Shown piece after piece: positions 50,785 through 58,494 of a DNA stretch of 64,000 bases (position 1 is its first letter; each line of letters starts with the position of its first letter). The DNA lies in the IMG/VR virus record IMGVR_UViG_3300009068_000031, positions 1 to 64,000 of that record; one strand, written 5' to 3'. Position numbers and translations under genes: made by a program. This DNA comes from an uncultured virus (IMG/VR IMGVR_UViG_3300009068_000031). Taxonomy: Duplodnaviria; Heunggongvirae; Uroviricota; Caudoviricetes. The notes beneath the pieces were generated by a model, which was not told where the DNA came from, did not search any database, and was given only the letters and a program-made list of their open reading frames with translations.

Positions 50785-51362
50785 AAAAAAAATTACAGTT
50801 TGATTATTTTCCAGTGATGCGTTCTTCTTATGTAGCCAATGAACTGGTTGCTGAAGGTAAGTTACAGGATCAATTGATACTGCAATGGAACAACTCTGTA
50901 TTGTTTGATACCATAGAATTAAGCAAGGAAACTGCTGAAAAAAAAAGCATAAGCAGAAGCGCTGAAATTGTTTTACAAAAAAACAATAACACATTGGTAC
51001 TACAAAATAAACAAAGTTGGCATGATGACAAACAAATAGAACTCACAGCTCAAATTGAGTTGATTTATAAAGATGTAGACTGGTGGTCATGTAAATTTAC
51101 CTATAACTTATCACTGTGTGATGCACAATCATTGCAATCTTTCAATGACAAATTTGGTATCAGTCAAGAATACTTCCATTTTAAACTGAATGGCGAAACA
51201 CTGATACACAATCAAAACGTGCAAGCAGGCACCACCTTGAGTGCAGAAAAAGAATTTTTTTGGCAAGGAGTCAATCCTATCATGTTTGAAATTGAAGAAT
51301 ACGGACATGGCAGCAGCATGGACAGTAGATTTATACAGATAGTGAGGTTCACAGTATTATGA
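50781..51362 (+). CDS. Hypothetical protein
   Basis: ATGA-type coupling within the operon; no motif recognised. Confidence 0.55.
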   Translation: MKKKLQFDYFPVMRSSYVANELVAEGKLQDQLILQWNNSVLFDTIELSKETAEKKSISRSAEIVLQKNNNTLVLQNKQSWHDDKQIELTAQIELIYKDVDWWSCKFTYNLSLCDAQSLQSFNDKFGISQEYFHFKLNGETLIHNQNVQAGTTLSAEKEFFWQGVNPIMFEIEEYGHGSSMDSRFIQIVRFTVL

Positions 51363-51913
51363 AAATATTAATGACCGGACATACTTCTCCCATAGGATCT
51401 GTGTTGTTTGAACATCTCAAACATCATCATGAAGTTGTGGGCATATCTAGAAACACTGGATACAATTTGAACAAATTGGAAGATATTCAACGAGTGGTTG
51501 ATCAAAGTGCGAGTTATGACCATTTTGTCAATCTAGCACACGTGGGTGATGCACAGATTCAACTGTTGATGATGGTTCATAAAAAATGGAGTGAAACAAA
51601 TAAAACAGGCAAAATAGTAACTTTTGGTACATTGGGTACTGAGTTATCAGAAGATATTTTAAAACAAGTGGGCGCTGATTTAAATTATATTAAACAAAAA
51701 ACTCATTTGGAAAATGTGCATAGGTTTTTAAGTGTTAAAACACCATTTGGTGCTCAACCTCAAAGTGTGCTGATACGAATTTTAAATTATGGTGAAAAAA
51801 CCGGAGTTAGACAGAGTGAACCCTTCTGTGATACTCAAGATATCATTCGTATTTTTAATACTGTATTGAATGAGCCTTTGTACGTCAGCACTATTGATGT
51901 AAGAAAAATTTAA
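51359..51913 (+). CDS. Short, divergent SDR-like NAD(P)-binding oxidoreductase
   Basis: KILMTGHTSPIG Rossmann start, FVNLA, and a YIKQK (YxxxK) motif. Confidence 0.65.
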   Translation: MKILMTGHTSPIGSVLFEHLKHHHEVVGISRNTGYNLNKLEDIQRVVDQSASYDHFVNLAHVGDAQIQLLMMVHKKWSETNKTGKIVTFGTLGTELSEDILKQVGADLNYIKQKTHLENVHRFLSVKTPFGAQPQSVLIRILNYGEKTGVRQSEPFCDTQDIIRIFNTVLNEPLYVSTIDVRKI

Positions 51914-52983
51914 TTTATTATCTTTCTTTTTGAACCTTTTCTTTTAACATCTAGTGTGCAGCAATGAGTTCCACCTTCCCAATATACTTCGTGACGTTGT
52001 GGCACCACATGACAATTGATGTTGAAAGTCTTTAAATATTGAAATAGTTCAGGTAAATGTTTGCCAAACAATATGTTTTTTGAATCTAAAATTAATACGT
52101 TTAAATCAAAACAAACTTCTTGTGTGTATCCTCGCCAATTAGCCAGATATTGCTCCAACCAAGCATTGGAATATCTGCCATCTGTGGCAGTGTAGTCTTT
52201 GATATAGTTGTCTATCACAACTTTGCCAACGTAGTTTTTAACATCTATTAATTTTTTATTTCTTAATGCCAAAGGCACCCATTCTATGCCAGCATGTATT
52301 ACTGTGTCATCGTCTATTAATAAAAATCCATGATCAATATGTCCGTAGTTTTTAAACACAGTATCACCAGTGTTTTCAATCAGTGTATAATCCTTACAAT
52401 TACGTTTGAACCATTCCAAACCAAAGCTAGAACCAGGACCTCTACTGTTATACAGCAAAGAATCTCCTGCTTTGAATATGGCAGCTGTGTGCCATAGCAA
52501 TTGATCTGATAATTTTTCTTGATAGATAGAGTTAGATATGTACCAATTTTCATCTATCTGAGTGTTGATTAGTTTGGGCAGAGGCTGTGAAATCCAATTG
52601 TATCCTTCTTTGAATAATTCATTAAAAATTTTCACATAACTCAACGAATCAAAATATCTATCTGTGTAGCTGGTGTAAGTTTGTATAATTTGTCTATCCA
52701 AAATCAGATATTGATCTCTAGGTACCATGGGGCACATGGGAAAATTCACTTTAAAATTAGGCATCTCTATAGATTTTGTGTATTTTAGTACTTCTGGTCT
52801 ATGCACTTTGATGTTAGAGTTTTTTATAAAATCTGCAAGATTGTTAAGGTCTTGTTTGGTTTCTTCCAGTATTCTGTTGAAACTTGATATGCTTTCTTTG
52901 GGTAAAAAATGATCCATATCTCCAGGAGCATAACAATCTCCCACAATTACTTCTTGTAATGGATCAAATTCTGTGTGTATCAT
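51910..52983 (-). CDS. Amidinotransferase (glycine/inosamine amidinotransferase family)
   Basis: EFDPLQEVIVG, PRD, GHIDH, DLNVL, and GGTHCCTLDV containing the catalytic Cys. Confidence 0.8.
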   Translation of the reverse strand: MIHTEFDPLQEVIVGDCYAPGDMDHFLPKESISSFNRILEETKQDLNNLADFIKNSNIKVHRPEVLKYTKSIEMPNFKVNFPMCPMVPRDQYLILDRQIIQTYTSYTDRYFDSLSYVKIFNELFKEGYNWISQPLPKLINTQIDENWYISNSIYQEKLSDQLLWHTAAIFKAGDSLLYNSRGPGSSFGLEWFKRNCKDYTLIENTGDTVFKNYGHIDHGFLLIDDDTVIHAGIEWVPLALRNKKLIDVKNYVGKVVIDNYIKDYTATDGRYSNAWLEQYLANWRGYTQEVCFDLNVLILDSKNILFGKHLPELFQYLKTFNINCHVVPQRHEVYWEGGTHCCTLDVKRKGSKRKIIN

Positions 52984-53534
52984 ATTAAGTATTTGTGATT
53001 AATAAACATCTGTAAAGAATATCGAATCACTTCTTGGTTGGTTATTGCTGTAACTGCGTGATCAAGATCTTTGGAATTAATTATAACTCTATTACCTATG
53101 GGTTCAACAAACTTGCCCTGTGTATCATTTTTATTTTCTTTGTAAACAAATAATCCTCCGTCATTTGTTTGCCAAACATCATTTAAGAAAATTGTTATGC
53201 CTATGTAATCCAATTCATCTTTTTCAGCATACAATCCATCCAAATGCCATCTAGCATTGTAGGGAGCTCTATTGACATGATAGCGTAGCATACTGTCGTT
53301 ATCATCCATCACTTCAGCAGACAACAACTTATTTGCCACTAAATTTTTTAATACAATAATTTTAGCAGGACCATTTAAAAAATAATAATTGCTATTTTCT
53401 AATCCTACATGATCTTTTTCTGTGCTCAGGTCGGATTTTTTAATAGCACTGATTTCGTTAGCTATTTCGTTTTGAATGGCTTTTTTTAGTTCTGATAGCG
53501 TTGCAGAGTCAAAAAAATTATCAATTATTTTCAT
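52980..53534 (-). CDS. Fe(II)/2OG oxygenase (prolyl-4-hydroxylase-like)
   Basis: IIDNFF, WHLD, IFLN..W...DGG, P.GNR and HAVT...RYSL. Confidence 0.75.
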   Translation of the reverse strand: MKIIDNFFDSATLSELKKAIQNEIANEISAIKKSDLSTEKDHVGLENSNYYFLNGPAKIIVLKNLVANKLLSAEVMDDNDSMLRYHVNRAPYNARWHLDGLYAEKDELDYIGITIFLNDVWQTNDGGLFVYKENKNDTQGKFVEPIGNRVIINSKDLDHAVTAITNQEVIRYSLQMFINHKYLI

Positions 53535-54636
53535 ATGATTCTAAATTTTGTTTAAGCACAGTAAAATATTCTTCAGTAGCATTCAAAGGCACAATATATA
53601 AATTTTTATAATTGCCTTTGCGTATCATATAGAGGCAACCAAAACGATTCAGTATTTCAAAACCTGTGCTTTGAATAGTTTTAACAGCAGTGTTTTGAAT
53701 TGTTTGATGGTTGTTCAATACCTGTTCTTTTTCCAGTATGTCCATATATTTTAAAGCACTGTTGATGCCTGACAGAGAAAAATTATAGGTGTATCCATGA
53801 TCCCAATCAAAGTTTGTGGGCAGTGTTTGATGTATTTTTTCATTGTACATGGTAATGCTCAAAGGAAAATATCCACCTGTGATGGCTTTGCCCATGGTGC
53901 AGATATCAGGTTGTATGGGCAAGTGTTTCCACCCAAAATAATTACCTGTTTTGCCTCCCCCTATAAAAATATCATCCATAATGATCAACACATCAAATGT
54001 TTGTTGAACATGTTTTAATTTTTGCCAAAACTCATTTGAGTTTGGAGTCATGTCCCCACCGTATGAACATGGTTCTACTATCACACTCATCACTTTGGTC
54101 CAATCCACTTGATCTATTTCAAAATCTCTGGCAAGTCTTGTTGCACCATGATACCTATCCATGTTGTACATGGGATTGATCATCAGTAGATCTCCAAGAT
54201 TATTGTTAAGGAAAGTGCTGCCGTGATAACTGCCCTCAAAACTTATCACTTGTTTTTTGTTATTGTTTTTCTTCACATGATGATAGGCAGAAGATAACTT
54301 TATTGCTCCTTCGTTGGCATCACTGCCTGACAATGCGAAGAAGCTTCTATATCCGCCACTCATCTTAAACAATTTATTGCTGAGTTCATAACTTGCATGG
54401 TTTAATTTTAAATCTTCAGCATGCACAATAGATTCTGCTATTTCTGGTTTGATATTTTTCATAGCATCACACACATATTGAATGATATCTGTTCTATCGA
54501 ATCCCAAAGTAAAGCAACTATAATGCAACAAAGGATCAACCTTTTTAACGCCATTCATAACAGTACCAAATTGCCAATGTTTGTCTGCTGGATGTGTGGG
54601 CTGCTGTCTGCCAGGTATAAGTCCTTTGAGAGTCAT
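53521..54636 (-). CDS. Class III PLP-dependent aminotransferase
   Basis: SGSDANEGA, SYHGST, IVEP, DDIFIGGGKTG, GKAITGGYFPLS and HGYTY. Confidence 0.85.
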   Translation of the reverse strand: MTLKGLIPGRQQPTHPADKHWQFGTVMNGVKKVDPLLHYSCFTLGFDRTDIIQYVCDAMKNIKPEIAESIVHAEDLKLNHASYELSNKLFKMSGGYRSFFALSGSDANEGAIKLSSAYHHVKKNNNKKQVISFEGSYHGSTFLNNNLGDLLMINPMYNMDRYHGATRLARDFEIDQVDWTKVMSVIVEPCSYGGDMTPNSNEFWQKLKHVQQTFDVLIIMDDIFIGGGKTGNYFGWKHLPIQPDICTMGKAITGGYFPLSITMYNEKIHQTLPTNFDWDHGYTYNFSLSGINSALKYMDILEKEQVLNNHQTIQNTAVKTIQSTGFEILNRFGCLYMIRKGNYKNLYIVPLNATEEYFTVLKQNLESYENN

Positions 54637-54644
54637 AGCAATAA

Positions 54645-55181
54645 TTATAGTATTTCAAATTGTAATTGATCGTATGTGATGGCTGAAGTGTTATCAAAAA
54701 CTTTTTTGGTTTCCACGCTGAAACAACAGTATCCGTTGGCATCTATGAGATCCTTAAAATTTATGTTTTGATGTTGTCCTTGATGATATTCCTTGCCCAC
54801 TGAGTGAGTGTATTGATTACACTTCACTGTGATACGATAGTCATCTGACACATGTTCACTGCCTTGCACACTGTTGAGTCTGATCAACTGCACATGACTT
54901 TGATACAGATAATTTATTGGTTTAAGACTCCATATAATTTTGGCCTGCTCTTCCACTGAGTGAAATTTAATATCATAATTGAATTCAAAAACGTTGATAT
55001 TATCGAACACAATGGATTTTTCTAATATTATAGGAAGATTCTCCTCTGCATCATCAATGTTGGCAAATATTTTTTGTGCGTTGTGATACACATTCAACTT
55101 GTTGATATAATTGTCATGTTGACGAGACATGTATTTTTTATTAAATTCTTTGGGGCAGGTAATACGCACTGTTCTATTCAT
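54645..55181 (-). CDS. Hypothetical protein
   Basis: Operonic ORF; start set at ATG 55181, overlapping the upstream gene end. Confidence 0.5.
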   Translation of the reverse strand: MNRTVRITCPKEFNKKYMSRQHDNYINKLNVYHNAQKIFANIDDAEENLPIILEKSIVFDNINVFEFNYDIKFHSVEEQAKIIWSLKPINYLYQSHVQLIRLNSVQGSEHVSDDYRITVKCNQYTHSVGKEYHQGQHQNINFKDLIDANGYCCFSVETKKVFDNTSAITYDQLQFEIL

Positions 55182-55791
55182 GAATATAATCTTTGAATAT
55201 TTGCACAGCTTCTTCAAATTGTAGATGTGTGTTATCTAATTTTAACAGAGTAAAACACAGTGTCCAACGATCTTCAGTCATGTTGGGATTGAATGTGCTG
55301 TGCAGTTGTCCTATGTTCATCAAACTGGGTCTATTGATCACTTGCTCATGCACCAAATCACAATCTTCTTCACGTGCTGAGTAAGCATCTGTGACCACTA
55401 TATCGGGCACCACACCCGCAATTAATATATGACTATTGTCTGGTTTGACCGGTTTTAAATATTCAGGTTGTTTCACATGCCACCATCTGGTCACACTGTT
55501 GTCTGGTCCCCAGGTAAAATTAATTTTTACAGCATTGCTTATGGTAGAGGTATCATTGTGCAGAGGTATCTTTCCACCATTTGTGGGAGTATAAAATCCT
55601 TCAATAAGATTGGATACTTTTAAATCGAAGGACTCGATCCATTTGATCACACTTTGGTCAATTGATTCTGGCAAAACATATATCATATTAGGATGATCAT
55701 AACTTTTATTAAAACATCTTGGTTTTAAATATTCAAATGGTAATTTTAAGTATCTGTGATAATAATTTTGATCAGACATAGTTTTATTCAT
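55174..55791 (-). CDS. Putative Fe(II)/2OG-type oxygenase (LHSTFN group)
   Basis: IPLHND (HxD), KINFTWG and GQLHSTFN..RWTL. Confidence 0.6.
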   Translation of the reverse strand: MNKTMSDQNYYHRYLKLPFEYLKPRCFNKSYDHPNMIYVLPESIDQSVIKWIESFDLKVSNLIEGFYTPTNGGKIPLHNDTSTISNAVKINFTWGPDNSVTRWWHVKQPEYLKPVKPDNSHILIAGVVPDIVVTDAYSAREEDCDLVHEQVINRPSLMNIGQLHSTFNPNMTEDRWTLCFTLLKLDNTHLQFEEAVQIFKDYIHE

Positions 55792-56407
55792 GTATTATGT
55801 CTTTAAAAATTTCTAATGCTTCAAAAAATTGTAATCTTTTATTATTTTTCATTAATGTAAGAGTAAGACCCCATCGATCTTCACTGCCATTATTAAATGT
55901 ACTATGCAATCTGCCTGCGTTAATTATGCTTGGTTTAGATAAAACTTTTTCATACAATAAATTACAATCTTTTTCTTCATAACACAGTGCTCTGTCCGCA
56001 TCATCAAATTCATAAACATACGTGTCAGGATTGAAAATTTCAGCATGCGGGCCTCCTTGATCTGGTCGCATCTTTGAAGAAACTGCATCAATTTTAGGCT
56101 CCCACCATCTAGTGAAACTGTTGTCTGGCCCCCAAATAAAAAGTAATTTGGTCATGTCCGACAATGTATCTGTATCGCTGTGTATGCCAATAGATCCATT
56201 ATTAGGTGCAGTGTAAGTTCCTTCAAAAAATTGAGATGTGGAAATATTAAAACTATCCAACCATTCAAGGATTCTTTTATCAACATGCTGTTTAGCTATT
56301 TCAAAAGTCATACCACCACTTGACCAGTTAGGCACTTTTAATGTATCAAAAATTTTTGGTCTATCTATGGTAAAAGGTAGATTTATAAAACGATGAAAGT
56401 TATTCAT
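55784..56407 (-). CDS. Putative Fe(II)/2OG-type oxygenase, tandem paralogue of 55174..55791
   Basis: GIHSD, WGPDNSFTRWW and GRLHSTFN..RWGL. Confidence 0.6.
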   Translation of the reverse strand: MNNFHRFINLPFTIDRPKIFDTLKVPNWSSGGMTFEIAKQHVDKRILEWLDSFNISTSQFFEGTYTAPNNGSIGIHSDTDTLSDMTKLLFIWGPDNSFTRWWEPKIDAVSSKMRPDQGGPHAEIFNPDTYVYEFDDADRALCYEEKDCNLLYEKVLSKPSIINAGRLHSTFNNGSEDRWGLTLTLMKNNKRLQFFEALEIFKDIIHE

Positions 56408-56408
56408 A

Positions 56409-57215
56409 TTAATAATTTTTTAAATGATCGATGCCTAATTTTTTTCTAAATGCATCGGTGAACACACAGTCAATTCTCAATCCATACTCTTGTTCACGAT
56501 TAATTTCTCCACCATGCCAGTCTTGATCGTTCCAGAAAGCTGCATTGGCATTGATGTAGGTTTTGTTTTTTGTTTCAGGATCCCAAATATAAAATCCTCT
56601 TTTGGTGTTATAACGTATGTGTATGAACTCATTGCGATGATCACTGTATCCTTGTTGATCACCCAGTTTGCCATCTAGATCTCTGTGTTCAAATGGTTGT
56701 CCATCATGTTCACAGTGAAAAAATATCACTCTGCCTATTTGACTGATAATGTTTTGATCCACAAGATTTTTAACCCATGTGACCAATCCAGGAAAATGTT
56801 TGCTTTCCTCTGTGAGATGTCTTTCAGAATTTCTATTATCCCAATCGCCTTCATTCCATAAAAAATAATAGATGTATGGATCTTTGGCACCCAACACTGC
56901 TTTGAGGTAGCGTGTGAATTGATTTCTTGTGCGGTAATCTTTGATATTGGCATACAAATCATCACCGTTTTTTCTAATAGGATGATCTATGGGCAGTGCA
57001 AGATATTCTTTCACAGCCTGATAAATTGGTTTCCAATTCAATTGATAACTCATGTCTTGTAGATTAAATCCTGGCGACATCCATGTGCCTTCTTTGGCAT
57101 ATTCTCTAGCCAAAGCAAATCCTCGGCAAATTTCAGGATGTAATTTCCTAAAACCTTCTATATCCAAATGTGGAGTTAAATCAATATATGGTCGGCCACC
57201 AATTCCTCTTATCAT
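56409..57215 (-). CDS. Putative Fe(II)/2OG-type oxygenase (WHGG group)
   Basis: FEHRD...EFIH...FWNDQDWHGG...LRID. N-terminus (RGIGGRPYIDL) resembles that of 50029..50784. Confidence 0.55.
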   Translation of the reverse strand: MIRGIGGRPYIDLTPHLDIEGFRKLHPEICRGFALAREYAKEGTWMSPGFNLQDMSYQLNWKPIYQAVKEYLALPIDHPIRKNGDDLYANIKDYRTRNQFTRYLKAVLGAKDPYIYYFLWNEGDWDNRNSERHLTEESKHFPGLVTWVKNLVDQNIISQIGRVIFFHCEHDGQPFEHRDLDGKLGDQQGYSDHRNEFIHIRYNTKRGFYIWDPETKNKTYINANAAFWNDQDWHGGEINREQEYGLRIDCVFTDAFRKKLGIDHLKNY

Positions 57216-57220
57216 CCAAA

Positions 57221-57236
57221 TATTTAGTGTTAAATA
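57221..57236. promoter_or_regulatory. Back-to-back late promoters (minus ACTAAATA 57228-57221; plus TAAATA 57231-57236)
   Basis: TATTTAgtgtTAAATA in the 39-nt divergent intergenic region; the minus copy is 5 nt from the ATG at 57215. Confidence 0.6.
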
Positions 57237-57254
57237 TTGAGAGCAAAATAATTT

Positions 57255-57809
57255 ATGACTTATAAATTGGTACCATATTCTGAATCGATTGATTTAACAG
57301 AATTTTATCTTCAAGCAGAATCCAAAGGATTCAAAAACAACAGTAATAAAAAAATGTTGGTGGACAGCATCTCCACAGAAAAAAAATGGAAAATTTGGTT
57401 GCTTAAATACAACAATAAAATAGTGGGGTCTACTGGCGCTCATTCTTTTCCTGAAATGGGTGAAAATAGTTTTAGAATATTGTGTAGAACTTGTGTGTTC
57501 ACAGATCAATTGCCTATCTCAAGATTAAGAACCAAAACAGGCATACTCACGCATCAAAGCGTCACTCCACAATTTTTTATTCCCACTTGTATTGAATGGG
57601 CTGGATCACAAAATAATCTTTATGTGACCACCAATGAAAATAGTGAAGGCACTCAACGTCTAGTGCATAATATTTGGGCACCCATGTTGGCAGAATCTAA
57701 ATGTTTGAAAAAAATCAATCAAATAAAATACAGAGGCACAAATCAAACTGTGTGGCAATTAAATGTTCAAGAATTTTACAAACAATTGGAAAGATATCCT
57801 AGATGGTAA
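57255..57809 (+). CDS. GNAT-like acyltransferase
   Basis: WLLKYNNKIVGSTGAH...FRILCRTCV...LYVTTN follows a GNAT topology. Confidence 0.45.
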   Translation: MTYKLVPYSESIDLTEFYLQAESKGFKNNSNKKMLVDSISTEKKWKIWLLKYNNKIVGSTGAHSFPEMGENSFRILCRTCVFTDQLPISRLRTKTGILTHQSVTPQFFIPTCIEWAGSQNNLYVTTNENSEGTQRLVHNIWAPMLAESKCLKKINQIKYRGTNQTVWQLNVQEFYKQLERYPRW

Positions 57810-58492
57810 CTGACTACGTATACTATTACAATAATGTGCCAGGCAAAGGATTGTGCAGGAACAATCTTGTGTACACCAGTCTTATCAATCAAAATAAAAC
57901 AGAATTTGTGCAATGGTTTCACAACGACACAGAGTATCACAGAGATCAAAACGAAGTGATGGATCCCATCCTAATGGAACAAAAATGGCAGAGAGAAGTG
58001 GATATGCTGCTGATGATGCATCACAATTTTCCAGAACACATTCCTGACATATTGGAACTGGACTATGACAATAAAAAAATTATCTTTGGCGTTGATGGCG
58101 TGGATTTTTGGGAACAGAGTCACACAGTGGGCATGGATGCAGTGCTGCCCAATTGGCGTGAACAGATGTTGGAGATTCTGCAAGCACACAAAACATTAGG
58201 ATTATACAAATACAGTTTACACCCCAGCAGTTATTTTGTGGTGGAAGGCAAATTAAAAAGTGTTAACTATTTCTTTTGTTATCACAAAAGCGAACCACTT
58301 ATCACTGTGCAGGATCATTTCAGTCACATATCCCAAGACAGGAGAACAGTTTTACTGCCCAAAATGCATGAACTAAATATTGACATGCACACTCCCACAG
58401 ACTTTGCCAGCTTGCAGATATTGTGTTTGGAAAGTTTTAGAAACAATTACCCTAAAGATTTTATAGATGCTGCCATAGCACTGTACAAATAA
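57803..58492 (+). CDS. Protein-kinase-like fold protein, paralogue of 48851..49486
   Basis: NNLVY, WQREV, IPDIL, PNWREQ and YKYSLHPSSY..LKSVNYF. Confidence 0.5.
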   Translation: MVTDYVYYYNNVPGKGLCRNNLVYTSLINQNKTEFVQWFHNDTEYHRDQNEVMDPILMEQKWQREVDMLLMMHHNFPEHIPDILELDYDNKKIIFGVDGVDFWEQSHTVGMDAVLPNWREQMLEILQAHKTLGLYKYSLHPSSYFVVEGKLKSVNYFFCYHKSEPLITVQDHFSHISQDRRTVLLPKMHELNIDMHTPTDFASLQILCLESFRNNYPKDFIDAAIALYK

Positions 58493-58494
58493 TC

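Noticed and set aside
50784..50946. A9 homopolymer tracts (also at 36342-36350) as phase-variation switches
   Set aside because: The frames are intact and such tracts are expected in AT-rich Lys codons; no read-level evidence is available.
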